A stretch of DNA of 40,896 bases from Myxococcota bacterium (lineage in GTDB: Bacteria; Myxococcota_A; UBA796; GCA-2862545). The notes beneath the pieces were generated by a model, which had not been told where the DNA came from, made no database searches, and was given only the letters and a program-made list of their open reading frames with translations. Location: contig JBCCQY010000075.1 of the NCBI GenBank assembly GCA_039208735.1, forward strand, positions 1 through 40,896, written 5' to 3'. Made by a program: the position numbers and the translations under genes. Each line of letters starts with the position of its first letter. Position 1 is the first letter of the stretch. Positions 1-12,434 of the stretch are shown here, in pieces.

Positions 1-99
1 CCGGAGTCACCGGTCGGCACGTCTTTTCGTTGCTTCCCAATCCCACATCATGGAGCGTGGGCAGGTCGTCGAGTGGATTGCCTAGATTGCGCGCAAGCT

Positions 100-137
100 G
101 CTAACCGTACAAATTTCATGAGTTCTATCGTTACCCC
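100..137 (-). mobile_element. Tn3-family-like terminal inverted repeat (end of a transposon or MITE extending left out of the window)
   Basis: Minus strand 137->100 reads GGGGTAACGATAGAACTCATGAAATTTGTACGGTTAGC. It has a GGGG start, AGAA-TC, an AT-rich core and a GTACG..TAG end, resembling Tn21/Tn501-type 38-bp IRs as recalled. It abuts the exact point where the thiolase frame breaks. Confidence 0.6.
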
Positions 138-386
138 ATCAACGAAGCCTTCGCATCGCAGGCGGTGTACTGCGTTCGCGACTTGGGCCTCGACCCCGAG
201 AAGGTGAACGTCAACGGCGGCGCCATTGCGTTGGGCCACCCCCTTGGCTGCACCGGAAGCAAGCTTACCGCCACGCTGCTGCATGAGATGAAGCGCCAGA
301 ACGTGCGCTACGGTGTGGTTTCGATGTGTGTGGGGGGTGGCATGGGCGCGGCCGCGGTCTTCGAGAACCCGGACGCCACCGCCTAG
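138..386 (+). pseudogene. C-terminal fragment of acetyl-CoA acyltransferase (thiolase), 5' part cut off by the insertion
   Basis: In-frame INEAFASQ...[17 protein letters not shown]...SMCVGGGMG are thiolase C-terminal motifs. Upstream of 138 the frame is non-homologous and hits TAA at 102-104. Confidence 0.85.
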
Positions 387-428
387 GTTCCCGGGCCGCA
401 GCCGTCCCAAGCGGGTAGGCTGCGGTCC

Positions 429-2060
429 ATGGAATTGCCCTTCGACACAGGCCGCGGCTTCACCGAAGAGGTGAAGGTGTTCCTCGCGCTCGGCGCGATG
501 TTCCTCGCCCTCTTCTGGCCCTGGCGGCCGTCGGCCCGACGACGTCGACCCGCTGTGGTCGTGCTGGTTTTGCTCACCTTGATGTCGGCGTGGAACTACG
601 CCCGATGGGGCCCCAAGGCCGTCAGCGTTCGGATCGACACCTACGATGTCATCCACTACTACCTGAACGCAAAATACTTCGACGAACTCGGCTACCTCGA
701 TCTGTACCCGACCATGTTGCTTGCCGACGCCGAGAACGAGGGGCCGTTCTTCAAGCGCCAGGGTGACCGATACCTCGCGCAGAGTGAGGACAAAGGCCAC
801 TTTTGGGATACGATCACCCACGGCATCGAACGGGGTCGTGAGGTGCGGGAGGCCCGGTTCACGGAGGCCCGATGGGCGCAGTTCGAGCACGACGCGCTCT
901 ACCTGCAACGGGTCCGCGGGTGCATGGAAAAGACGTCGAAGGGAGCGTGCCGCGGCGAGTTGAACGAGCGGCTCTGGCACCAGCTCATCTCCGATCACGG
1001 CTTCAACGGCACCGTGGCCTGGGTCTGGATCGCACGGCCCTTTGCTGAGGTCGTGCCCGTCGAGTCGATCAAGCTGTTGGGCTTCCTCGACATCGCTCTG
1101 TTGGGGCTCGCCATTGCGAGCGTGGTCTGGGCTTACGGGGGCATTGCAGGGCTTTGGACAGCCTTGTTTCTGCTCACCACCTACTCGACACGATGGCCCT
1201 ATCTGTCCTGGGTCTTCCTGCGCTACGACTGGGTAGCCGCCTTGATCATCACGATGTCGCTGCTGAAGAAGGGGCGCCCGTTCTTGGCGGGACTGACGGC
1301 AGGCTACACCGCAGTGCTGCGCATGTTTCCCATCGTGTGGATGTGGGGCCCATTCGGCAAGGGAGCGGCGGGTCTGCTCCGGGGTCACGTGCGAATCCCC
1401 CTCCTCATCTTCGCCGGAGGGTTTTTGGTCGCTGCGACCGTGCTTCAAGGAGCTTCGACCCTTCGCTTTGGCGGTGATCAGGTCCAGGCCCACTTCGAGA
1501 ACATGCTCGACCACAACAGCCCCGAGCAACTGTCCTCACGCCGAGTAGGGTTGGCCCTTGCCTTGTCGACGTCGCCTACGGCGGGCACGGGTCGACCTAC
1601 GAACATTCAACCCGAGCACAAGGCCCTTATTCGCGCCCAACAACCGCTGCGGTACGCTTTGGCCGGTCTGTTGGTGATCGCGCTCGGCTGGGTGGTGCGA
1701 CGCCTTCGTGATGACGAGGCGTATGCTTACGGGTTCCTGCCCTTCTTTTGGATCACCACGGCCAGCTACTACTACTACGTTGCGCGCATCACCCTTGCCT
1801 TGGCCCACGCCGCCGACCTCGACCGATCGTGGCGCCATCGGGTGGGCTTGGCCATGTTGTTTGCCATGGAGGTCTTTGCAAACTGGGCCTCCACCACGGT
1901 GCCCCGCCATCGCATGGTGCTGATCGGCACCCTCGCATGGATGCTCGTGGTGTACGGCTTGATCCAGTTGGTCTGGATGGAAATCGAGGCTCGCGGGCAA
2001 CAAAGCACGCCGCGGGGGCGTACGCCGGGCACCCTTGAGTCCACAGGAGCCCCCTCATGA
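429..2060 (+). CDS. Polytopic membrane protein, probable GT-C fold glycosyltransferase (GT87-like)
   Basis: 543 aa with many TM segments and a large loop after the first TMs carrying acidic/aromatic DTYDVIHYYL..YFDELGY, a topology typical of lipid-linked sugar transferases. Confidence 0.5.
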   Translation: MELPFDTGRGFTEEVKVFLALGAMFLALFWPWRPSARRRRPAVVVLVLLTLMSAWNYARWGPKAVSVRIDTYDVIHYYLNAKYFDELGYLDLYPTMLLADAENEGPFFKRQGDRYLAQSEDKGHFWDTITHGIERGREVREARFTEARWAQFEHDALYLQRVRGCMEKTSKGACRGELNERLWHQLISDHGFNGTVAWVWIARPFAEVVPVESIKLLGFLDIALLGLAIASVVWAYGGIAGLWTALFLLTTYSTRWPYLSWVFLRYDWVAALIITMSLLKKGRPFLAGLTAGYTAVLRMFPIVWMWGPFGKGAAGLLRGHVRIPLLIFAGGFLVAATVLQGASTLRFGGDQVQAHFENMLDHNSPEQLSSRRVGLALALSTSPTAGTGRPTNIQPEHKALIRAQQPLRYALAGLLVIALGWVVRRLRDDEAYAYGFLPFFWITTASYYYYVARITLALAHAADLDRSWRHRVGLAMLFAMEVFANWASTTVPRHRMVLIGTLAWMLVVYGLIQLVWMEIEARGQQSTPRGRTPGTLESTGAPS

Positions 2061-2767
2061 GCATCCTCGACGCGCTCGTCACCCTCGAAAAGGACGAGCT
2101 TCGCCAGTATTGCCACAGCATTTCGATCGAAGGCATCATCGCCCAGACCGTTCAGATCGGTCTCAATCAAGGGCAGTCGCTGTGGTGTAGCAAGGGCTCC
2201 CTCCTTGCCTACGATCCCTCGATCGACTGGACGCTCCGCATTCCGGGCGGCGCTTCGAAGGCGGTGGGCCGCATGATGAGCGGTGAAGGCATCACGCTCA
2301 CCCATGTGACGGCCCGGGCCGACGGGGCGAACCTCACGCTGGCTGCCAACCAGCCCGGACGCCTGGCCACTTGGGACCTCGATCGAGGACCCATCGTGTG
2401 TACGGCAGGGAGCTTCGTGGCCGCACTCGGAGATGTCGACATCGATGTGACGGTGGCGCGTTCCACAGGTGCAGCATTGTTCGGCGGTGCCGGCCTGTTC
2501 CTCCAGAAGCTGTCCGGCACGGGGATTGCGATTGTGCACGGTGCTGGCGACTTCATCGAACGACAGCTCGCACCTGGCGAGACCCTTCTGGTTTCGACGG
2601 GTAACCTTGCGCTGTTCAGCGGAGAGGTCGGCTACGGCATTCGCGGTGTTGGAGGGTGCGGCAAGGCCATCTTTGGTGGCGAAGGCATCTTCATGACCGA
2701 GCTCACCGGCCCCGGCTGGGTCATGATGCAGTCCCTGAAGAAGCTTCCCGCGGCCAATCAAGGCTGA
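2057..2767 (+). CDS. AIM24 / TIGR00266 family protein
   Basis: Three repeated units ending MMSGEGI, LFGGAGLFLQKL and IFGGEGIFMTELTGPGWVMMQS. ATGA overlap with the upstream gene. Confidence 0.9.
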   Translation: MSILDALVTLEKDELRQYCHSISIEGIIAQTVQIGLNQGQSLWCSKGSLLAYDPSIDWTLRIPGGASKAVGRMMSGEGITLTHVTARADGANLTLAANQPGRLATWDLDRGPIVCTAGSFVAALGDVDIDVTVARSTGAALFGGAGLFLQKLSGTGIAIVHGAGDFIERQLAPGETLLVSTGNLALFSGEVGYGIRGVGGCGKAIFGGEGIFMTELTGPGWVMMQSLKKLPAANQG

Positions 2768-2768
2768 T

Positions 2769-3380
2769 TCAGGTTCGAATCATTCGCCGAATGAGGGCCT
2801 GTTCTTCTCGCTTGAGCGCGCGAATGCGGTCGGGATGACTGGCCGCAGCTTGAAGGCGCTGCAACACCTCGAGTTCGGCACGCAGCTTCTCCTGCTCGTC
2901 TGCTTCTTCCAAGGGCTCGGCCACGGCTTCGACCACGGCTGGCGTTTCGGGGGCCGCGTTCGACCGACCAAAGACCGCTCGGAACGAATTGGCGAACCAC
3001 GATGTCCACAATGCGAGTGCGGCGAGCGGTGTGCCTAAGAAGAACAGGGAAAGCGGAACCGCTTCGCCGGGGTCCGGCGTTTCAATCGCCAAGATGGTGG
3101 TGAACACGGTGACCCAGGCCACGACGACAAACGCCGGGGGGAACCACCAACGTAGGCGGCGGCGATGTGCGGCCAGCCCTGGCTCGCGTAGATGCGGCAC
3201 CGTCTCCGCAAACGCAACGGTGTCGTGAAGACGCGTCCAGGGCGCACCGGGTGCCTCTGGACGGACCAACTCTACCCCGGTCAACAAGCCCCACTTGAGC
3301 CAGCGTCGAACCGTTCGCTCACGCAGGGACCAATGGGTCCCGAGAATCTGCACGCCGTATCGTTTGTCATCCATGGCCAC
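2769..3380 (-). CDS. Hypothetical membrane protein (2 TM, C-terminal coiled coil)
   Basis: 203-aa ORF with two hydrophobic helices and an EQEKLRAELEVLQRL coil. It follows the MerR gene on the same strand. Confidence 0.6.
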   Translation of the reverse strand: MAMDDKRYGVQILGTHWSLRERTVRRWLKWGLLTGVELVRPEAPGAPWTRLHDTVAFAETVPHLREPGLAAHRRRLRWWFPPAFVVVAWVTVFTTILAIETPDPGEAVPLSLFFLGTPLAALALWTSWFANSFRAVFGRSNAAPETPAVVEAVAEPLEEADEQEKLRAELEVLQRLQAAASHPDRIRALKREEQALIRRMIRT

Positions 3381-3407
3381 GCCATCGTATCAGCCGAGCC
3401 CGTCGGT

Positions 3408-4178
3408 TTATAGCATCCGGTGTCGTGGGGCGTGAAGAGCTCGAATGGCGGCCACGAGGAAATCGGTGAGCCCCTCGGCCGTCGCTTCGTACGTGGACCG
3501 GAAGCGAGGATCGGACTCGTAAAGGTCGGCAAGACCAAGGTGGATCTCGGGCGTGCACGCGTAGAACCACCGGCTGATGTGGGCACGATGGGAATCGGCT
3601 GCCGACCGGGCTTCGGCCGAGTCGGGGGATGAACCCTCCGCCAGCAGAGACGCGAGTCGTTGGTCGACCTCACGCCCTTCGGCCTTGATCTGGGCCCACT
3701 GCGGCGCTCCGTAGCCTCGGGTGCGGCGCTGGGCCTCGCGGTACGGCTCCGTCCCTCCCCATTGCGCCTCGGCTTCCTCTGCGTAGTCGGCGGGGTCGAA
3801 CCCATCGAATAGCGCGACCAAATCGTCATCCCGAAGCGTGTCTCCGCGATCGTGACGGGCGATGGCCTGATCGAGGGCCTGTAGACGCTCGTGAAGCGCA
3901 CCGACCTCGCGCACCAGTCGCTCTCGATGCAACACCATCGCTTCGCGCGCGTCGTGCCCAGGGTCGTCGAGCAGGGCACGAACTTCCTCGAGCGGAAAGC
4001 CCAACGACCGCCACAACAGAATGTTGTGCAGCCGCGCCACCTCGGCTTCGCCGTACAACCGGTAGCCAGCCTCGGTCCGATGCGTCGGGGGCAACAAGCC
4101 AATGTCGTCGTAGTGGTGGAGCGTTCGGACGGTGACGCCCGTGAGCCGAGCAACCTCTTTGACGGTCCGCTGCGTCAT
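3408..4178 (-). CDS. MerR-family regulator with TipAS antibiotic-binding domain (TipA/Mta-like)
   Basis: TVKEVARLTGVTVRTLHHYDDIGLL..GYRLY is the MerR HTH. C-terminal YAEEAEAQWG...WFYACTPEIHLGLADLYESDPRF is TipAS-like. Start set at ATG 4178 with an AGGAGG RBS. Confidence 0.92.
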   Translation of the reverse strand: MTQRTVKEVARLTGVTVRTLHHYDDIGLLPPTHRTEAGYRLYGEAEVARLHNILLWRSLGFPLEEVRALLDDPGHDAREAMVLHRERLVREVGALHERLQALDQAIARHDRGDTLRDDDLVALFDGFDPADYAEEAEAQWGGTEPYREAQRRTRGYGAPQWAQIKAEGREVDQRLASLLAEGSSPDSAEARSAADSHRAHISRWFYACTPEIHLGLADLYESDPRFRSTYEATAEGLTDFLVAAIRALHAPRHRML

Positions 4179-4204
4179 GGACCACCTCCTACATCTTCTT
4201 TGGG

Positions 4205-4227
4205 CCCTCACGTTGCGTGAGGGTCAA
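4205..4227 (-). promoter_or_regulatory. MerR/TipA operator dyad overlapping the -35 element
   Basis: Perfect dyad CCCTCACG-N3-CGTGAGGG (4205-4223) immediately after minus-strand TTGACC (4227-4222). It resembles the Streptomyces tipA operator. Confidence 0.85.
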
Positions 4228-4272
4228 CTCCTTCCGTGACATAGAGAAACCAGCACCCCAGGAGGAGGCATC

Positions 4273-4518
4273 ATGCGACCTTGGTTCGTCGTGGTTGGGC
4301 TTGCCACAGGCTGCGAATTCGTCCCCTGTCCCCAAGGCGTCCCACTGACCCTGTCCGATGTGCCTTGCTCCTGTCAGGGGGCGGTCGTCGAGAGTTTGGA
4401 TTGCGGTTCGCTCGTCTGCGGGGAGTTCGGGATCGAGTTCGAGACCGGAGACGGATCTACGGAAGGATGCGTCGGGACGTCCACCTACTCGCCTTCGTCC
4501 ACCACCCCCATCGAATGA
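4273..4518 (+). CDS. Small Cys-rich putative lipoprotein
   Basis: Strong AGGAGGAGG RBS, lipobox LATG-C and six further Cys in 81 aa. Confidence 0.65.
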   Translation: MRPWFVVVGLATGCEFVPCPQGVPLTLSDVPCSCQGAVVESLDCGSLVCGEFGIEFETGDGSTEGCVGTSTYSPSSTTPIE

Positions 4519-4544
4519 CCGTCGACGTCGCGTAAGGTCGGCCC

Positions 4545-5540
4545 ATGATGATGTTCCTCGTTGTGTTGACCAGCCTCCTCCAACCCGCCTGGGCCGGAAA
4601 GGGCGATTGGCGTAAGCAGCCCATCGATCCGAAAGCGAGGGTTGCGGGTACCGCCTACACGGTCGAGCAATTCAATTGGAAGATCGGCCTGTTGTCGCAG
4701 AATTTCGGCCTGCTTGACAACGTGCAAATCGGAACCCAAGCGCTTCCCCTGGCGCTGGGCATCCCGAACGTGCAGGGCAAGATTACGGCCATTCAAACCC
4801 CGAAGTTCGATTTGGCCGTCGACGCTGGAATCTACTTTGCCGAGTTGGGCCGCTTTTCGAATACGCTCGGCTTCGAGGAGGGCTTTGACGCCGCCTTGAG
4901 TGCACCGAGGCTCGGATTTTGGGGTTCCTGGGTCATTTCGAAACGCTTGTCGCTGCACTTTGGCGCTGGCGCCTACTTTATCGGCGCGCGAGGCAACGTG
5001 GGGCTGGCCGATCTGGCGGCAGCCATTGTGACGGTCGCAGGGGCCGACATCGAGGACGAGCTGCGGGCCGCGCTCGGTGACAGCACCGACGTGTTTGCAA
5101 ATGTGAACCTCGGAATGCCACAGGCCCGATTGGCCGTGGATTTTCGGCTGAACCGACGCGACTCCATCGTCCTTTCAAGCAATGGATTCCTCGCCCTCAC
5201 GGGTCAGTTCAACGCAGGCGCTGACGTCAAGGGATCGGACGGCGTCGACATCGAAGGGGGTGCGTACGCCCGTGTCAGCACCACGTTGCCCGATACATTT
5301 GCGAGCTTCACGACGCTGTCTTGGCAGTTCGATTGGCGTAGGGTCAATCTGCGGGTGGGCATTCCCCTAAATCCGACCAACCCCATCGCGTACTTCCAGG
5401 TCTTCGACCTCTACCTGTTGCTCGGCCCATCTCGAAGCAAGCGACCCACCGGGTACCGTGACAACGTCGAGGTCGAGAACCCCGAAGAGGCCCTCGAAGA
5501 CGAGGACACGGTGATCATCGAAGACCAGCTCACACCGTGA
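4545..5540 (+). CDS. Secreted protein, probable outer-membrane beta-barrel with acidic tail
   Basis: Signal peptide ending PAWA, alternating amphipathic strands (LSLHFGAGAYF, LSWQFDW, NLRVGIP) and a D/E-rich C-terminus. Confidence 0.6.
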   Translation: MMMFLVVLTSLLQPAWAGKGDWRKQPIDPKARVAGTAYTVEQFNWKIGLLSQNFGLLDNVQIGTQALPLALGIPNVQGKITAIQTPKFDLAVDAGIYFAELGRFSNTLGFEEGFDAALSAPRLGFWGSWVISKRLSLHFGAGAYFIGARGNVGLADLAAAIVTVAGADIEDELRAALGDSTDVFANVNLGMPQARLAVDFRLNRRDSIVLSSNGFLALTGQFNAGADVKGSDGVDIEGGAYARVSTTLPDTFASFTTLSWQFDWRRVNLRVGIPLNPTNPIAYFQVFDLYLLLGPSRSKRPTGYRDNVEVENPEEALEDEDTVIIEDQLTP

Positions 5541-6504
5541 CGGTGATCTGCATCGACCCGTCGTAGCCCATGAGTACATCGGTCCCGCGAGGATCTTCAT
5601 CGGAAACGGCGCCTGATGCCGTCCGGCAGCGGACCTGAACGAAATGGTCCCCCGGAACGGTTCGCCAGGACCAGGACCATACCGCCCAAATGCCTGGGCC
5701 TGGGGCATAGTCGAGTGCGGCGGACTCCCATTCCCCTTCGTCGACGCGCACCTCCACCGCGACGATGGGGTCTTGGCCCGCATACGCCGAACCCACAAAG
5801 CCCACGGTGAGTCCTTCCTCGAGGACCAGGCCATCGAACGGACTCACGATGAGGGTGTTCGGTCGATACCGCGCCTCCTCTGACCACCCGAACTGCGTCC
5901 AATACGATGCGTGCGGCGAGGTCGTAAACGCGATTTCGCGAATCCACTTGAGGTTTTTGACCCCGTACTTGCCCGGCACCAGCAACCGTGCCGGTGCACC
6001 GTGCTCGAAGGGCAGCGGTTCACCATTCATCTGCCAGACAAGCCAGATGGGCGCGTCGTACAGGTCGGTCACCGGCACGCCGGCGTCGTAGCCGTCCATG
6101 CCTTCAAGCCGCAGATCCACCGCGTTCTTCGGTGGAACGATGCCAAACCCATCGAAGATGTCGATCAGCGGCTGACCGCCCCACACTGCGTTGCCAATGC
6201 GTACAATGCGGGGCGAGTGGCCGATGCACTGAAGCGTTTGCTCACGCTCGAGGACGGGCACCGTGGCTAGGTCTGCCGCCGTCAGCGAACCGAGTTCCTC
6301 GCCCTCGAAGGTCACCCGCATCACGTGGGTCTCGGGATCGAACTCGGGCATCGCGTCGTATTGGTAGACGTAGAACGTCCCGATCGGCGTGATGGGGGTG
6401 AGTTCTCGATCCGCCTCGGGGTCGAGCACCACGAGGCGGTCACACCCCGCAAGCGCGGCAAACGAGCCCGCGCCAATCGCGGACAGCAGCTGTCGACGTT
6501 GCAT
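5530..6504 (-). CDS. Sulfite-oxidase-family molybdopterin oxidoreductase, Tat-exported lipoprotein
   Basis: MQRRQLL..LAGC is a Tat lipoprotein signal. Mo-ligand QCIG, GMDGY, NGEPLPFEHGAPARLLVPGKYGVKNLKWI and an Ig-like C-terminal domain are present. Confidence 0.88.
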   Translation of the reverse strand: MQRRQLLSAIGAGSFAALAGCDRLVVLDPEADRELTPITPIGTFYVYQYDAMPEFDPETHVMRVTFEGEELGSLTAADLATVPVLEREQTLQCIGHSPRIVRIGNAVWGGQPLIDIFDGFGIVPPKNAVDLRLEGMDGYDAGVPVTDLYDAPIWLVWQMNGEPLPFEHGAPARLLVPGKYGVKNLKWIREIAFTTSPHASYWTQFGWSEEARYRPNTLIVSPFDGLVLEEGLTVGFVGSAYAGQDPIVAVEVRVDEGEWESAALDYAPGPGIWAVWSWSWRTVPGDHFVQVRCRTASGAVSDEDPRGTDVLMGYDGSMQITVTV

Positions 6505-6562
6505 GTCGGCCGGGTATCGTGCGGCGGCGTGGGATTGGGGTGTCAGATTGTCGCGCGAGGGC

Positions 6563-9202
<2,640 letters not shown>

Positions 9203-9222
9203 CCAAGCGAAGGTTGGAACAG

Positions 9223-12200
9223 TCAGCGCGTCGAGATGCGCGAAAAGTCTGCCACGCTGCGGAAAATCCGGGCTACGCGCAACAGGAGTCCCATGCGTCG
9301 CGCCCGCTCGTCGGAGTCCTTGCTATCGACAAGCACCGCATCAAAGAAATCGGCCACCGGTCGCTGCAACGTGAGGATGTGGTGGAGCGCTTGGGCAAAG
9401 TCCAGGGCCGCCACGGCCTCTGCGATATCATCTTCGACCGCTTCGGTGGCCTTGAGCAAGGCTCGCTCCGCATCGTGCTCAAGCTGATCCACCGTCGGCG
9501 CATCGAACTCGACGTCGCGAGTGATGTTGATCACACGCTTGAACGTGGTCATCACTTCCGCGAACTCGGCCTGACCCGACAGGCTCGCCAGCGCATCGAC
9601 CTTGGCGTGCCACACCACCACGTCGGCCGGGGCGTCGGCGGCCAGAACCGCATCGACGAGATCGCTGGTCACGACGCCATCGGTAGCCCACGCCCGATAG
9701 CGCATCGCCACGAACTCACGGAGTTGGTCGTGCAACGCTTGGCGTTCGGCAGGCTCGGCCTCGGTACCGCGGGCCTTCGTCCACTTGCCAAAGCGCTCGG
9801 GGTCCCGGGTGACGGACTCGTGGAAGGCGGTGATGCCCGTGCTGAGGAGGTCGTCGAGGTCCAGTCGAAGCCCCCGGTCGAGCGCCGTCCTAAGGATGCC
9901 CATGGTGGCTCGCCGTAACCCTTGGGGGTCCCCGCCTTTGGGAATGAGCCCAATGCCGAAGCAGCCCACAAGGGTGTCGAGGCGGTCCGCCAAGCCCACG
10001 GCAATGCCTGTGGGACTCTTCGCCGTCTCGTCGTCGGCCGTGCGCGGCAGGTACGCCTCCTCGATGGCGAGCGCGACTTCGGGCGGCTCACCACTGTCTT
10101 TGGCGTACAGGCGTCCCATGTGACCTTGGAGTTCGGGGAACTCCCCAACCATCTGGGTCACAAGATCCGCCTTCGACAATGCGCCGGCCTGACGAGCCAG
10201 TTCGGGGCGAGCGCCCACCCGCTCGGCGAGTCGCTCGGCCAAGCCCGCAACCCGAGCTTGCTTCTGTCCCATGTCGCCGAGGCCCGTGATCCAACGCATC
10301 GAGCCCAACGTGGACGCATAGTGGGCGAGCGAATGGGCCTTGTCCTGCTTTAGGAAGTGCCGTGCGTCCTCAAACCGCGCCCGCACCACTGCCGCATTCC
10401 CCGCTGCGATCGTCGAGGCATCGCCAAACGGGTTGTTTGAGATGACCACGAAGTGATGGTCGAGCTTTCCTGCCTTGAAGACCGGGAAGTACCGCTGGTG
10501 GCTCTTCATCGTCTCCACAAGCAGTCGGCTCGGCAGGGCGAGCAGGTCCGCATCGAAGTTTCCGATGACGAGGGTCGGCGCCTCGACCAGGTGCACCACC
10601 TCATCGAGCAGCTCTTCGTCCTGAACGGGATCACAGGCCAGTTCGGCCGTCGCTTCGGCGAGCAATGCCTCGATGGCGGCACGGCGAACGGCAATGTCCG
10701 GTTCCACGTTGCGCGCCCGCAGCCCATCGAGGTACTCCTCGATGGTTCGGAAGCTGAATTCTCGGTTCTCGGCGAGGCGATGTCCGACCGTGGCGTTGGT
10801 AAAGGGTAGGCCAAGCGCCCGGCCCTCCACGCGCACGCCATCGAAGACCACGTTGACCCGATGAACGGGCCGGCCAAAGCTCACGCCGCCCGTTGACCAC
10901 GTCATCGTGCGCCCCGGGAACGTGAGGTCGCGCAACATGCCGTCAAGACCTTCAGAAATCAGTTCTGCGGTCGCCTCACCGCCCGTGGTCACCTCGACGG
11001 CCACCACCTTGCCCTTCGGCCCATCCACAACCTGCAACGCTTCAGGGCCCACCCCCTTCCCGCGGGCGAATCCCAGCGCCATCTTGGTGGGCTGTCCATC
11101 TGCGTCGAGCGCACGGTCGGCGGGCGGTCCGGTCACCCGTTCGGTCTTCTCGGCCCGACTGGATGCGACGCCCTCGATGACCACAGAGACTCGTCGTGGC
11201 GTCCCAAAGGCTCGCACCTCGCCGTGTTCGACCCCCTCGAGGAGGCCGACGACCCCCTTTTCAAGGCCCGCCAACACCGGCTCGACGTAGGTGGCCGGCA
11301 ACTCCTCAACAAAGAGTTCGACGATGAGCTGCCCCAAGCCGTTGGGTGCCGCGTCATCGACAACGAATGGCTCGGGTTCGGCGACCGGGGCGGGAGTGTC
11401 GTGCTGAGCGGTCTGTTCGTGCCACACATTGACGCACCTCACGGCGAGATCGCGAACGCGGCGAATGAACTGAGCCCGTTCGGCCACCGAGATCGCGCCT
11501 CGGGCGTCGAGGAGGTTGAACACATGGCTCGTGGCGATCGCCCGGTCGAAGGCAGGTAACGCCAGCCCCTTTTCGGCGAGTTGCTCGCACTCGGCCGCGT
11601 GCAGTTCGAACTCTTCGTACAGGCCCTTCTCTGTGCTGTACTCGAAGTTGTACTTCGACTGCTGAACTTCGTTTTCGTGGAAGACCTCGCCATAGGTCAC
11701 GCCATCCACCCATTGCAGGTCGTAGACGTTGTCCACCCGCTGCAAGGCCATGGTGAGACGCTCGAGGCCGTACGTCAGCTCGGCCGGAACCGGCTGACAC
11801 GGGATGCCCCCTACCTGCTGAAAGTAGGTGAACTGCGTCGCTTCAAGACCGTTGAGCCAGACTTCCCATCCGAGCCCCCAAGCCCCGAGGGTCGGACTTT
11901 CCCAGTTGTCTTCGACAAAGCGAACGTCGTTGTCACGCAGATCGATGCCAATCGCTTCGAGGGAGCCCAAGTACAGGTCCTGGACGTCGATGGGCGACGG
12001 CTTGAGGATCACCTGAAACTGGTAATAGTGACCGAGCCGATTGGGATTTTCGCCATAACGCGCATCGCCAGGTCGCCGGCAGGGCTGCACGTACGCACAG
12101 TTCCATCGACCGGGACCAAGGGAGCGCAGCGTCGTAGCGGGATGGAACGTCCCCGCACCCATCATCAAATCATGGGGCTGGAGGACCACACAGCCCTGCG

Positions 12201-12246
12201 CCGCCCAGTACCTCTGGAGTCGCAGGATCACATCCTGAAAGTTCAT
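9223..12246 (-). CDS. glyQS: Glycine--tRNA ligase, alpha and beta subunits fused in one ORF
   Basis: GlyQ motifs ([38 protein letters not shown]) continue through a Pro/Ala linker into GlyS motifs ([44 protein letters not shown]) with no stop. Confidence 0.95.
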   Translation of the reverse strand: MNFQDVILRLQRYWAAQGCVVLQPHDLMMGAGTFHPATTLRSLGPGRWNCAYVQPCRRPGDARYGENPNRLGHYYQFQVILKPSPIDVQDLYLGSLEAIGIDLRDNDVRFVEDNWESPTLGAWGLGWEVWLNGLEATQFTYFQQVGGIPCQPVPAELTYGLERLTMALQRVDNVYDLQWVDGVTYGEVFHENEVQQSKYNFEYSTEKGLYEEFELHAAECEQLAEKGLALPAFDRAIATSHVFNLLDARGAISVAERAQFIRRVRDLAVRCVNVWHEQTAQHDTPAPVAEPEPFVVDDAAPNGLGQLIVELFVEELPATYVEPVLAGLEKGVVGLLEGVEHGEVRAFGTPRRVSVVIEGVASSRAEKTERVTGPPADRALDADGQPTKMALGFARGKGVGPEALQVVDGPKGKVVAVEVTTGGEATAELISEGLDGMLRDLTFPGRTMTWSTGGVSFGRPVHRVNVVFDGVRVEGRALGLPFTNATVGHRLAENREFSFRTIEEYLDGLRARNVEPDIAVRRAAIEALLAEATAELACDPVQDEELLDEVVHLVEAPTLVIGNFDADLLALPSRLLVETMKSHQRYFPVFKAGKLDHHFVVISNNPFGDASTIAAGNAAVVRARFEDARHFLKQDKAHSLAHYASTLGSMRWITGLGDMGQKQARVAGLAERLAERVGARPELARQAGALSKADLVTQMVGEFPELQGHMGRLYAKDSGEPPEVALAIEEAYLPRTADDETAKSPTGIAVGLADRLDTLVGCFGIGLIPKGGDPQGLRRATMGILRTALDRGLRLDLDDLLSTGITAFHESVTRDPERFGKWTKARGTEAEPAERQALHDQLREFVAMRYRAWATDGVVTSDLVDAVLAADAPADVVVWHAKVDALASLSGQAEFAEVMTTFKRVINITRDVEFDAPTVDQLEHDAERALLKATEAVEDDIAEAVAALDFAQALHHILTLQRPVADFFDAVLVDSKDSDERARRMGLLLRVARIFRSVADFSRISTR

Positions 12247-12434
12247 GCCTGTCTCCCGTTCGGGCCGTAAGCCATCTGGTCGGGTGCGCAACTGGCCGGT
12301 GCGGAACAGGGTGACGATGGGGACGGCCATCGGGCATGCAGTGATCAAAAGGACCAGTGGCGGTCCAGACTGGGGGCCCCAAGTTTGGGGGTCTGACCCG
12401 CGCGCGGGAGTTATGTCCGCCCGTCGGAGGAATC

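Noticed and set aside
5530..6504. Calling the molybdoenzyme msrP
   Set aside because: It has an extra C-terminal Ig-like domain and no adjacent msrQ, so only the sulfite-oxidase family is supported.
12388..12397. GGGGTCTGAC, matching the first 10 nt of the Tn3 IR as a possible partner end
   Set aside because: The following bases lack the AT-rich inner domain and do not match the IR at 100-137. The flanking genes are housekeeping.
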